Below, piece after piece: positions 19,962 through 29,452 of a stretch of DNA of 47,666 nucleotides. The notes under the pieces were generated by a model. That model worked only from the letters and a program-made list of their open reading frames with translations. It did not search any database and had not been told where the DNA came from. Each line of letters starts with the position of its first letter. The stretch's first letter is position 1. The position numbers and the translations under genes were made by a program. This DNA is from Nitrospira japonica (GTDB lineage: Bacteria; Nitrospirota; Thermodesulfovibrionia; Thermodesulfovibrionales; SM23-35), in the NCBI GenBank assembly GCA_020725385.1, contig DYFC01000030.1:1-47666 (forward strand). The letters run 5' to 3'.

Positions 19962-21374
19962 TTATCTTTTAAAATTTTTAATGATTTTTTGAGCTGTTTC
20001 ATAACCAATGTATGTCACACCAGGAATACCAAAACCATGAGTTGTCCAGTGCCCTGTCATAAAAAGACCATCTATAAATGTGTTTTTGATAAAACCTGGT
20101 AAAACAAGTTGAGAAGTTATCCCGGCCCATCCAAATGAAGCGCCCTTATAATTAGATGTATATTTAAACAATGTATATGGTGTTGCAGCTTCTTTAAATT
20201 TAATATTGTCGGATATGTTTTCAATCGATAATTTTTCTATTTTGTCTAAAAGTAGATTCATTATCACCTTTTTATTCTCGGTCCAATACATTTTATTTTT
20301 AAATGAAGCATTAATAAAAAATGTCACGCTTTTTCTGTCGGGGAAAATATGCATCATTAAATTATTTATATCATTGAAAAATCCTTTTTTAGAATTAAAA
20401 TAATTTTTATCTAAATTATAATCAAATAGATACCAAATATTAGAACCTGGTTCAAAGTAATTGCCATAAAAAGGCTCTTTTAACCCTACATATATAATAA
20501 AAACCGAAAGAGAAGGGCTCATTTTTTTAATAGTATTTAAAAAAGTTTTATCAATAAATTCTTTACCTAACAATTTTAAATATGTTTGCCTCATATCGCA
20601 ATTAGATATAACATATTTTGAAGAAACCTGTTCATTATTTAATAGTCTAATTCCTAGTGCATTTTTACCATCACAAATAATTTTATTAACTTTAGAAGAC
20701 AATAAAAGTTCACCACCATTTTCTTTAAATATTTCTACAAGAGCATTAGCTAAATTTTGCATTCCTCCTTCAGGATAATATCCGCCGTCTAAAAGAAATT
20801 CTTTGAATAATTTTAATCCTAAGAAAGCAGATAACTTTGAAGGTGGCAAGCCGCTATTGCCAAATATTGGAAAAGATAGAACACTTTTAATTTTTGATGA
20901 AGAAAAAAAAGAATCCAATATTTGTGAGAAATTGCTTTTTCTGATGCTGATAGAGATATTCTTTTCTGAATTTATTAAAAAATTAAAAAAACGTTCTATA
21001 TTATAATTTTCATTAGGAAAAGCTTCCTGAAAATTCTTAATGGTATTATTGATATCAGAATAGAAAGAAACCTGTAAATCAGGTGTAATGATAATATCTG
21101 AAGGGTCACAGTGATAAATATTTATTTTTTCCTTTATCTTTAATTCATTAAATATTTTTCCTAAAGGTCCAAAACGCATTCCACCAAATGAATGAGCTGC
21201 TGCATCAAATGTGAATTCTCCTCTTTTGAACGAAGTACAATATCCGCCGGGTTTGTTATGTTGTTCTGCGATTAGTACTTTCATGCCTGCTTTTGCGAGG
21301 TAACAGCCACAGACAAGGCCACCAATTCCTGCGCCGATAATTATTGCATCGTATTCATTTGCACTTTTTTTCAT
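19962..21374 (-). CDS. FAD-dependent oxidoreductase, phytoene desaturase / retinol saturase (COG1233) family
   Basis: IIIGAGIGGL, E..NKPGGYCTSFKRGEFTFD, YYPEGG, ATPYT...YT...GASFGW, GHWT..G.G. Confidence 0.85.
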   Translation of the reverse strand: MKKSANEYDAIIIGAGIGGLVCGCYLAKAGMKVLIAEQHNKPGGYCTSFKRGEFTFDAAAHSFGGMRFGPLGKIFNELKIKEKINIYHCDPSDIIITPDLQVSFYSDINNTIKNFQEAFPNENYNIERFFNFLINSEKNISISIRKSNFSQILDSFFSSSKIKSVLSFPIFGNSGLPPSKLSAFLGLKLFKEFLLDGGYYPEGGMQNLANALVEIFKENGGELLLSSKVNKIICDGKNALGIRLLNNEQVSSKYVISNCDMRQTYLKLLGKEFIDKTFLNTIKKMSPSLSVFIIYVGLKEPFYGNYFEPGSNIWYLFDYNLDKNYFNSKKGFFNDINNLMMHIFPDRKSVTFFINASFKNKMYWTENKKVIMNLLLDKIEKLSIENISDNIKFKEAATPYTLFKYTSNYKGASFGWAGITSQLVLPGFIKNTFIDGLFMTGHWTTHGFGIPGVTYIGYETAQKIIKNFKR

Positions 21375-21375
21375 T

Positions 21376-21633
21376 TTAGTTTTCCTTGTGATTTAACATT
21401 CCATGAACTAATTCAACTGCATCGTTCAGGGTTACAATCTTAGGTACGTCTTCATCTCTGACCGATATTTTATATTTTTTTTCTATTGCTACAGTGATTT
21501 CTATTGCTTTGATTGAGTCTATTTCAAGTTCATTTATTAAATTCGTTTCCGGTTTTATATCTTCTAAGTCATATCCTGACACATCTGATATTATTTCTCT
21601 TATTTCGTCTTCAAGTACTTTTTTATCAACCAT
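21376..21633 (-). CDS. Acyl carrier protein
   Basis: 85 aa, acidic; LEIDSI phosphopantetheine Ser motif; GGGGAAG RBS. Confidence 0.92.
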   Translation of the reverse strand: MVDKKVLEDEIREIISDVSGYDLEDIKPETNLINELEIDSIKAIEITVAIEKKYKISVRDEDVPKIVTLNDAVELVHGMLNHKEN

Positions 21634-21723
21634 TCTTCCCCCTTATTAATTTAAAGTTTTTTAGTTCTCCTCCAATTTAGTTGCTTAAAAACTCTCTTTT
21701 AATACTCTTGCGAAAACTTCTGC

Positions 21724-21747
21724 GTCATTCCTGCGAAAGCAGGAATC
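21724..21747 (+). repeat. CGTC-tagged REP-like palindrome
   Basis: (C)GTC-ATTCCTGC-GAAA-GCAGGAAT-C; contains the GIY-YIG stop codon. Confidence 0.85.
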
Positions 21748-22042
21748 TAAATTCTTTACATATGGTTTTATACAAGTCTATCCAATAAGGATTATTTTTC
21801 TCAATCAATTGTAATTTCCAATCCCTTCGCCATTTCTTTATCTGTTTTTCTCTTGTAATAGCAGATTCTATAGATTCATGTATTTCATACCACACAAGTT
21901 TATGAACACCATATTTTTTGGTAAATCCTTCAACCAATCCATTTTTATGTTCATATACCCTTTTAATGATGTTAGATGTAACACCTATATACAGCGTTCC
22001 ATTGCGTTTACTGCAAAGAATATATACATAGTAGTTTTTCAT
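21725..22042 (-). CDS. GIY-YIG nuclease (YhbQ/UPF0213-like)
   Basis: YYVYIL, GTLYIGVT, RVYEHK, AITREKQIKKWRRDWK, NPYWIDL. Confidence 0.93.
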   Translation of the reverse strand: MKNYYVYILCSKRNGTLYIGVTSNIIKRVYEHKNGLVEGFTKKYGVHKLVWYEIHESIESAITREKQIKKWRRDWKLQLIEKNNPYWIDLYKTICKEFRFLLSQE

Positions 22043-22050
22043 ATTTTTCT

Positions 22051-22080
22051 GGATTCCCGCTTAAAGACTGCGGGAATGAC
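22051..22080 (-). repeat. CGTC-tagged REP-like palindrome, inverted relative to 21724
   Basis: GGATTCCCGC-TTAAAGACT-GCGGGAATGAC(G). Confidence 0.85.
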
Positions 22081-22130
22081 GACTTTAACATACTTTTTTT
22101 TGTACAACGTTTATTTTAAGCTGTCTATAA

Positions 22131-22282
22131 GATTTCTCACATTCGTTCGGAATGACAAAAAAGTAATTATAACATCGACACTGAATCAAGTGATGACTCT
22201 TTTTTGTCATTTTCTGGCCATCTGGTTCCACCAAACAAATGGCGGACAAGCAAGCCAGAGGATAAACCTGACCGGAGAATCC
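22131..22282. repeat. Further degenerate GTC-tagged REP-like copies
   Basis: GATTTCTCACATTCGTTCGGAATGAC (22131-22156); GTCATTTTCTGGC...CTGACCGGAGAATCC (22206-22282) with an internal insertion. Confidence 0.55.
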
Positions 22283-22299
22283 AAAAAATAAACTTAAAT

Positions 22300-23511
22300 C
22301 TACTCACTATACTTTTTAAGAATAAGACAAGCATTATTTCCTCCAAAAGCGTATGAATTGTTTAAAGCAATATTAATTGTATGCTTTCTTGATTTATTCG
22401 GAACACAGTCAATATCGCATTCAGGATCAGGCGTTTCATAGTTAATTGTTGGTGGTATTTCATCATAAAATATTGCTAATGCGCATGTGACGGCTTCAAG
22501 GGCAGATGCTGCACCCATCGCATGGCCAAGCATAGATTTAATAGAACTTACAGGAATATCTTTATATCTGTCTCCAAATACTCTTTTAATAGCCAGACAT
22601 TCTGTCCTGTCATTGGCAATTGTGCCAGTGCCGTGAGCGCTTATGTAGTCAATATCTTCTTTTTTAACTCCTGAATTATTTAAGGCTTTTAACATACAAT
22701 TCTCAACACCATCAACTGAAGGAAGTGTCATGTGTCCGGCATCACAACTTAGACCATAACCTAAAACTTCTGCATAGATTCTGGCATTTCTTTTTAAGGC
22801 GGATTCAAGTTTTTCGAGTATAACAATTCCTGCACCTTCGGCAACCATCATGCCTTTTCTATTTTTATCAAAAGGCTGGCATTTCTCGGGAGCCACTGCT
22901 GAGAGTTGATTGAAACCTGTGAAGGCAACTCTTGAGAATGGATCAGAGCCACCTACAACCATAATGTCTGCTTTCCCGAGTTTAATTAGGTCAAATCCAT
23001 AGCCAATGGCATAATTTCCAGCAGAACATGCTGTACTAAACATTATTGAGGGTCCATTAAAGTAAAATAATTCTTCGATTATTGTAACAGTAGAATGAGG
23101 CGGTATTTGACATATAATTTTGTTGTCAATTTCAATATCTTTATTTATAAGAAATTCATTAATAATTTCAGTATTTTGTCCAGACCCAAGAGTTGTTCCG
23201 ATACATGTTCCAATTATAGTATTTTTATTTTCAGTGTCTATTTTTGAATCCTCGAGAGCTAGTCTTGTGGCGCACAAAGCAAACTCGGATGCACGGCTAT
23301 ATTTTTTTATATTTTCTTCAGAAAAATATTGTTCAAAACTAAAATCTTTTACCTGACCGCCGTTATGTGTAAAATGTTTTGATGTATCAAATGCAGTTAC
23401 AGAACTTATACCGGATTTTCCTGCAAGAAGGTTCTTCCAGAACTCCTGCCATCCGATACCTATTGATGAAACAACCCCTAATCCTGTTATCGCAACTCTT
23501 GTCTTATTCAT
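22300..23511 (-). CDS. Beta-ketoacyl-ACP synthase (FabF-like KS) with intact catalytic triad
   Basis: STACSAG, AHGTGT, KSMLGHAMGA, NSYAFGGNN; likely start MNKTR overlapping the fabZ-like stop. Confidence 0.92.
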   Translation of the reverse strand: MNKTRVAITGLGVVSSIGIGWQEFWKNLLAGKSGISSVTAFDTSKHFTHNGGQVKDFSFEQYFSEENIKKYSRASEFALCATRLALEDSKIDTENKNTIIGTCIGTTLGSGQNTEIINEFLINKDIEIDNKIICQIPPHSTVTIIEELFYFNGPSIMFSTACSAGNYAIGYGFDLIKLGKADIMVVGGSDPFSRVAFTGFNQLSAVAPEKCQPFDKNRKGMMVAEGAGIVILEKLESALKRNARIYAEVLGYGLSCDAGHMTLPSVDGVENCMLKALNNSGVKKEDIDYISAHGTGTIANDRTECLAIKRVFGDRYKDIPVSSIKSMLGHAMGAASALEAVTCALAIFYDEIPPTINYETPDPECDIDCVPNKSRKHTINIALNNSYAFGGNNACLILKKYSE

Positions 23512-23941
23512 CTTGAACACTGAAAACTAATTCAGCCTCCGATACTTTTTTGTCTTCTACAAATGCTTCTCCTGATACAAAAGCTCCATTGGGAAGGGAT
23601 TTAACATTAACTACTTTAATCTTAATCTGATCACCCGGAACAACAGGATGATGAAACCGTGCTTTAACAGAGCCAAATAGATATATTTGTGGTTTCTCAT
23701 TTGGATTTTCTTTTGCTGATGCAAAAAGAATTATGGATGCCTGTGCCATTGCTTCAATAATAGCAGCACCGGGCATAATCGCTCTATCAGGGAAATGGCC
23801 TAAAAAGAAAATATCATTTCCCGATATGTTTTTGATTGCCACTGCGGATTTCCCGGGTTCAAGTTCAATAACTTTATCAATCATAATAAACGGAAATCTT
23901 TGGGGCAATATTTTCTTGATTTCTTCAAAACTCATTATCAT
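23504..23941 (-). CDS. 3-hydroxyacyl-ACP dehydratase (FabZ-like)
   Basis: LPQRFPFIMID, FFLGHFP...MPG..IIEAMAQ, VVPGD. Confidence 0.92.
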   Translation of the reverse strand: MIMSFEEIKKILPQRFPFIMIDKVIELEPGKSAVAIKNISGNDIFFLGHFPDRAIMPGAAIIEAMAQASIILFASAKENPNEKPQIYLFGSVKARFHHPVVPGDQIKIKVVNVKSLPNGAFVSGEAFVEDKKVSEAELVFSVQDE

Positions 23942-23976
23942 TTAATACTCTCCATATTTATAATCTTTTATTTTGC

Positions 23977-25209
23977 TCATGCATATTTGCTTATAATCAA
24001 TGCTGAATTATTACCATAAAAATCAGAAGACAATATAAGGATGTTTTTCAATTCTTTCTTCCTTGTCCCTTCTATAACATAATCAAGGTCACATTCAGGG
24101 TCTTTCTCTTTATAATTAACAGTCTGAGGAATCACACCATAATTCAAGGCTTCAATAGCAGAAGCACAGGCAAGTGCTCCACCGGCAGAATATGTCTCAC
24201 CGAGCATTGATTTTACCGCTGTTACTGGAATTTTATCTGCGTGTTCACCAAAAACTTTTTTTATAACATTTGTTTCAAGCAGGTCAAGCTCTTTTGAAGA
24301 ATTTGCGGATGAAAATATACAGTCTATGTCTTTCAAATCAAGACAGGCATCTTTAAGAGAAATTCTGATAGCATTTTCAAGCCCTTTTCCGCTGCATTTG
24401 AAATAACCTTCAGATGTATAATCAAAAGCATTTGCATATCCGGAAATATATCCAAGAATAGATGCATTTCTTCTTATTGCATGTTTTTCTTCTTCAAGAG
24501 CAATAACAGCAGAGCCTTCAGAAAAAATTATTCCATCCCTTCTTGCGTCGAAAGGACAACATCTTGTATCAGTTCCGTTACTTCCGGATAAACATCCGAA
24601 TGTGTGTAGTATTAAGAATGTATCCTCGCAAAGTTCTTCAACTGCTCCTGCAAAAACAATATCCGCTCTTGCCATACGAATAAAATCCGAAGCGTATGAA
24701 ATAGCATCTATTCCGGAGCAGCACCCTGTTGATATTGTTGTATTAAAACCCTTGATTTTGAACCGTATAGAAATTCTGCTTGCCGGTGAATTAATTACAG
24801 TATTTGGGAAAAAAGAAGGATTAACGTATCTTGGCCCGTCAATCAAACTTGCTCTATCAAATTCTGCTATGCTTTTTAAGCTTCCGAAGGTTGTACCAAT
24901 CGAAACGCCGATAGAATGTGTATTATCCTCTGTTATATTTATCTTGCTGTCATCAATAGCAAGTTTTGCAGCAGAGCAAACCAGTCTTGTGCTTCTATCC
25001 AATTCTCGCAGTCCCTTTTTTTCCAAAAAATTCAAAGGGTCAAAATCAGTTATTTCGCCTCCAATTTTAACAGGATACTTTGAAACATCAAACAACGTGA
25101 TTGGTTTAAAACAAGTTTTACCCTGAAAAAATGCATCCCGAAAAGTATTTCTTCCAATTCCAATTGGCGACAAAACACCTGTACCTGTAATTACAGCTTT
25201 TCTATTCAT
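23977..25209 (-). CDS. Ketosynthase-like protein lacking both catalytic His (chain-length-factor-like)
   Basis: KS fold (VITGTGVLSPIG, PFDARRDG, SEG). Cys is kept (STGCCSG), but HGTxT reads SANSS and KSxxGH reads KSMLGE. Confidence 0.85.
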   Translation of the reverse strand: MNRKAVITGTGVLSPIGIGRNTFRDAFFQGKTCFKPITLFDVSKYPVKIGGEITDFDPLNFLEKKGLRELDRSTRLVCSAAKLAIDDSKINITEDNTHSIGVSIGTTFGSLKSIAEFDRASLIDGPRYVNPSFFPNTVINSPASRISIRFKIKGFNTTISTGCCSGIDAISYASDFIRMARADIVFAGAVEELCEDTFLILHTFGCLSGSNGTDTRCCPFDARRDGIIFSEGSAVIALEEEKHAIRRNASILGYISGYANAFDYTSEGYFKCSGKGLENAIRISLKDACLDLKDIDCIFSSANSSKELDLLETNVIKKVFGEHADKIPVTAVKSMLGETYSAGGALACASAIEALNYGVIPQTVNYKEKDPECDLDYVIEGTRKKELKNILILSSDFYGNNSALIISKYA

Positions 25210-25210
25210 G

Positions 25211-26491
25211 TTATTTCTTTATCAGATAAAAAACTATTAAACCTGTTTTTTCACGTTGTTCGGAAATTTGGTTTAATGGTATATTCGCTTTTGTAAAAAT
25301 ATCAACAAAATCCTCTTCTGTTCTCTGAAGGAATCCGTCCCAGTCAACAATCCAGTGATATTCCTGAGAACGATAGCGCATAGAATCTTTAAAGGATGTT
25401 ATCAGAACACCTCCTGGATTTAATAACTCATATAAAGCACTAAATAATTTCACCAGAAATTCTGATTCAAGATAATCAAATAATCCGACACTGTAAATTA
25501 TATCCTGTTTTCCAAATTCAGCCATATTTAGTTCATTATCAAACATTCTTATTGCATTATATTTTCTGAGAACTACCTGGTTTGAAAAAACAGGATTTAA
25601 ATTTGTGAATGAAAGTCTATTTGCTGCAAATGCGAGTGCATCATCATCAAGGTCTATGCATGTAATTTTTGTTCCGGACTTTTCAATTAAGCTTGAAAGT
25701 TCAAATACTTCACGACATGAGCCGCAAGCTATATTTAAAACTTTGGGTTTTTGTCTTTGGGATATTTCTTCTTTCAGAATATTCTTAAGCTCATTTAATC
25801 TATTTCTAACACCTGTACCGAGCGGCCATCCAAGACAATATAAGTCAAGATAATATCCGAACCCTTTTGATAAAGGTGTGTTTCGGTATATTGTCTCAAG
25901 AGTCTTATAATCTCCCTGATACCCTTGAGGCCATATTCTTGCTCTATTAATACAAAAGCTTTTTGAGAAGATTTTATTTGTTTTCTGGTGAAATCTTACT
26001 CTTGCATCCTTAATTATTTCTTCATCATTAACTGCAATCTCAAATAACCTGCAAGAATTTAGTACATCATTAAATGCATCTTCAATAGATGCCATTATAT
26101 CTTCTGGTTTTTCATTAGGATTATCACAACGCTTTTCAATTTCTTCAAGTCTCTTTATGAATATATCTGTAGCTTCATCAAGTTGTCTGATATTTTTCCC
26201 GTCAAGTTCAATGCCTGCCCTGTATCTGTCATTGTAACGAGCCGACCATCTAACAAATCCAGCAGTTTTATCAAAACCATTTTTGAACCAGAGCATATGT
26301 CCGGGTGTTAATGGATATTCTGTTTCTATACAAATGCCTGCTTCACTAATATTTAATGCTTTACCATTTAAGTCAATCCATTTGCGTTTTCTGTCTTCTT
26401 TTACGCTTAAAGAATAAGCAATAACTTCTGTAAAAGGTTTTCTCTCGAATCTTCTTAATTTCTCATATTGCATAGTTTTTGCATTCTGCAT
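25211..26491 (-). CDS. PilZ domain fused to class I SAM-dependent methyltransferase (PhcB-like)
   Basis: PilZ motifs RRFER and NISEAG plus VRW...AGIEL; WPQGYQGDY..LE.IY; VLNIACGSCRE; CIDLD; DIIYSVGLFDYL; LNPGG. Confidence 0.75.
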   Translation of the reverse strand: MQNAKTMQYEKLRRFERKPFTEVIAYSLSVKEDRKRKWIDLNGKALNISEAGICIETEYPLTPGHMLWFKNGFDKTAGFVRWSARYNDRYRAGIELDGKNIRQLDEATDIFIKRLEEIEKRCDNPNEKPEDIMASIEDAFNDVLNSCRLFEIAVNDEEIIKDARVRFHQKTNKIFSKSFCINRARIWPQGYQGDYKTLETIYRNTPLSKGFGYYLDLYCLGWPLGTGVRNRLNELKNILKEEISQRQKPKVLNIACGSCREVFELSSLIEKSGTKITCIDLDDDALAFAANRLSFTNLNPVFSNQVVLRKYNAIRMFDNELNMAEFGKQDIIYSVGLFDYLESEFLVKLFSALYELLNPGGVLITSFKDSMRYRSQEYHWIVDWDGFLQRTEEDFVDIFTKANIPLNQISEQREKTGLIVFYLIKK

Positions 26492-26594
26492 TCTCTCTAC
26501 CCCCTTCTGGAATAGTTTTGGTTTTTAAATTATTTTTTAATTATCTTTCAAAACACAAAATTGCAAATTCACCTCCTTTCTTTTAAGTTTATAT

Positions 26595-27272
26595 TTATTT
26601 ATGAATTGAATATTTTTTAAATATTTTTTCTATTTTATCTTTATAGGCTAATGAAAAAAGTATAAAAACAATAGCGACACCAAGCAATATTGAAAACCTA
26701 TAATATTGGTGATGACGAATATAATCACCTCCTAATGTTAAAAGAACTGTTCCAAGAAATCTTCCTACGGTACTTATTATAAGAAATTCTTTTGTGCTTA
26801 AATGTCCGAGTCCGAGTATATAACAAAGGTAATCTTTTGGAAAACCCGGAATTAAAAAAAGAAGAAAAACAAGAAATGCTCCTTTATGGTGCAAAAGATA
26901 ATCGTAACGGTCAAGGGTTTCTTTTTTTACAAAGCGCTCTACAAAAGGTCTTCCAAGATGTCTTGATAGAGTAAAAGCTATCCATGAACCAATTGTAAGG
27001 CCTAAGGTTGATAAGAATATGCCAAGAAAAGTTCCATAAAGGAAACCTCCCATAAATCCGGTTACTTCACCGGGTATTGGAGAGATTATTACCTGGGAAG
27101 CTTGAAGAAGTACAAAACCAATAAAAGAAAGCGGTCCTAATGATTCAAGAAATGCTTTAATCTTTTCTTTACTAAGAAAAAAAGATATTAAACCAGTCTG
27201 ATATAAAATAAGTGTTGAACCTGCTACAATTGTAATCAGGATAAGTAATTTAAGCCATATCCTGTTTTTCAA
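26595..27272 (-). CDS. TVP38/TMEM64 (DedA superfamily) membrane protein
   Basis: QVIISPIPGE, GGFLYG, FLIPGFPKD.LCY..G; multi-TM. Confidence 0.88.
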   Translation of the reverse strand: MKNRIWLKLLILITIVAGSTLILYQTGLISFFLSKEKIKAFLESLGPLSFIGFVLLQASQVIISPIPGEVTGFMGGFLYGTFLGIFLSTLGLTIGSWIAFTLSRHLGRPFVERFVKKETLDRYDYLLHHKGAFLVFLLFLIPGFPKDYLCYILGLGHLSTKEFLIISTVGRFLGTVLLTLGGDYIRHHQYYRFSILLGVAIVFILFSLAYKDKIEKIFKKYSIHK

Positions 27273-27294
27273 TTATTTTCGTACACCTCCGCTT

Positions 27295-28065
27295 TTAATC
27301 TTTTTTAGCCATCTCTATAAAAGGTTTTATCAGGTCTATCGGAACAGGGAAAATAATAGTTGAATTCTTTTCAGTAGCAATTTCTGTTAATGTCTGTAGA
27401 AATCTTAATTGGAGAGCTGATGGAGCGGTTGCGATTATATTTGCTGCTTCTGTTAATTTTTGTGATGCCTGAAACTCACCTTCTGCATGAATAATTTTTG
27501 CTCTTCTTTCACGTTCTGCTTCTGCCTGTTTTGCTATCGCTCTTAACATTTCAGCAGGTAAATCAACATTCTTGATTTCAACTGCAGTAACTTTAACTCC
27601 CCATGGTTCTGTCTGAAAATCTATTACCTTCTGGAGTTCAGCATTTATTTCTTCTCTTTTTGTTAAAAGGTCATCAAGCTGGCTTTGTCCGAGAATACTC
27701 CTTAGTGTTGTTTGTGCGATCTGGGATGTTGCAAAGTAATAATCTTCAACCTCTGTTATTGCTTTTATCGGGTCCATAACTCTGAAATATACAACAGCAT
27801 TTACTTTAACTGAAATATTATCTTTTGTAATAACATCCTGTGCAGGCACATCCATAGTTACTGTACGAAGGCTAACCTTTACTAATTTATCAACAACAGG
27901 AAGGATTATTACAAGTCCGGGACCTTTTACAGGTATAATTCTTCCGAGTCTGAAAACAACTCCTCTTTCATATTCCCTCAAAATTCTTATTGCACTTGAA
28001 AGAAAGTATACTATCAGGAATATAACAAAAATAAATCCCATGAATGATGGTGCAAATATTGACAT
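27295..28065 (-). CDS. Slipin / stomatin-like SPFH protein
   Basis: [46 protein letters not shown]. Confidence 0.93.
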   Translation of the reverse strand: MSIFAPSFMGFIFVIFLIVYFLSSAIRILREYERGVVFRLGRIIPVKGPGLVIILPVVDKLVKVSLRTVTMDVPAQDVITKDNISVKVNAVVYFRVMDPIKAITEVEDYYFATSQIAQTTLRSILGQSQLDDLLTKREEINAELQKVIDFQTEPWGVKVTAVEIKNVDLPAEMLRAIAKQAEAERERRAKIIHAEGEFQASQKLTEAANIIATAPSALQLRFLQTLTEIATEKNSTIIFPVPIDLIKPFIEMAKKD

Positions 28066-28066
28066 A

Positions 28067-29386
28067 TCAGCCTCCTTGTTTGCGGACTTTTAATTTTAGT
28101 CCCGAGACAAATTCTACTATAATTCGCTCTCCTTTTGCTATTGGTTCGTCAGAATAAGCTGACCAGATTTCTCCGTGAACCAATACTCTACCTGTATCTT
28201 TTGTTATATCAGTTTCCGCTGTCCCAATTAAACCTTTAAGTCCCTCGGACCCTGTAACAGGTTTTTGCTTTTGAGCTTTATAAGATAATCCTATTATAAT
28301 AGTGAAAAAAACTGCGGTAGCGATGACCGAAGGAAGAATAATTGCAAGAGAAAGTTTCATAAATGGTGCAGGTGATTCAAAAAGCATGAGCGAACCTATA
28401 AACATGGAAATGATTCCTCCAATTGTTAAAACACCATGTGAAACAATTTTGATTTCAAGAAGAAAGAATATGATTGCAAGTATAATCAGAAGAACGCCTG
28501 CGTAATTTACAGGCAATGTCTGGAATGAGTAAAAAGCAAGTATCAAACATATTCCACCTAAAACTCCCGGAAAGATGGAACCGGGATTTGTAAGCTCAAA
28601 GAAAAGTCCGTAAAAACCAAGAAGCATTAAAATATAAGCCACATTTGGATCTGATATTAAATTTAAAATCTTATGACGCAGTCCCGCTTCTTCTCTGATA
28701 ACAATAGAATTTTTTGTCTGAAGAATCTTATCTCCGGAGATTGTTTTTACTTTTTTTCCATCAATATCATTTAGTAAAGTATTTAAATCTTTTGCAACAA
28801 TATCTATAACATTTAGTTTTAGGGCATCAACTTCTGTTGATGAGATACTTTTCCTAACAGCATCTTCTGCCCATTTTACGTTCCTGCCTCTCTGCTCGGC
28901 AATGGATTTTATGTAAGCAACAGCATCATTGGTAGCTTTTTCAGCCATTGTTTTGTCCATTTTATCACCAATACCTACAGGATGGGCAGCTCCAATATTT
29001 GTTCCTGGAGACATTGCAGCTATATGTGCTGCGATTGTTATAAAAGCTCCAGCAGATGCAGCTCTGCTCCCGCTTGGAGAAACATATACAACTATAGGTA
29101 CTCTACTATTAATTATTTCTTTAACTATTGTTCTCATGCTTGCATCGAGACCACCTGGTGTGTCAAGCTCGATAACAAATGCTTCCAAATTTTTATCATT
29201 GGCTTTTTTAATGCTTTTTTGTATGAATTCAGCAGATACAGGATTTATCACACCACTGATAGTTATAACCATAACCTCTCTGTTAACTTTGTCTGAATTT
29301 GCGCTCAATAGATAAGGAAAAGCAAAAAAACAGACGATTGGTATTAACAGAGTAAATTTAAATATATAATTGAAATTCCTGCTCAT
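28067..29386 (-). CDS. nfeD: NfeD family membrane-bound serine protease
   Basis: LDTPGG, AASAG, GAAHP, TM region, C-terminal GEIWSA OB domain; paired with slipin. Confidence 0.92.
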   Translation of the reverse strand: MSRNFNYIFKFTLLIPIVCFFAFPYLLSANSDKVNREVMVITISGVINPVSAEFIQKSIKKANDKNLEAFVIELDTPGGLDASMRTIVKEIINSRVPIVVYVSPSGSRAASAGAFITIAAHIAAMSPGTNIGAAHPVGIGDKMDKTMAEKATNDAVAYIKSIAEQRGRNVKWAEDAVRKSISSTEVDALKLNVIDIVAKDLNTLLNDIDGKKVKTISGDKILQTKNSIVIREEAGLRHKILNLISDPNVAYILMLLGFYGLFFELTNPGSIFPGVLGGICLILAFYSFQTLPVNYAGVLLIILAIIFFLLEIKIVSHGVLTIGGIISMFIGSLMLFESPAPFMKLSLAIILPSVIATAVFFTIIIGLSYKAQKQKPVTGSEGLKGLIGTAETDITKDTGRVLVHGEIWSAYSDEPIAKGERIIVEFVSGLKLKVRKQGG

Positions 29387-29452
29387 TTATTTTTCTTTAA
29401 TTTCAAATTATAGTAATGATTAAGAATTATTGCAACGGATAAAATTTATTTT

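Noticed and set aside
21878-22291. 137-aa plus-strand ORF
   Set aside because: Antisense to the GIY-YIG gene and runs through REP palindromes.
19962-25209. Carotenoid, complete aryl polyene or ladderane cluster
   Set aside because: No phytoene synthase, adenylation enzyme, acyl- or glycosyltransferase, MMPL/LolA exporter or radical SAM genes are present.
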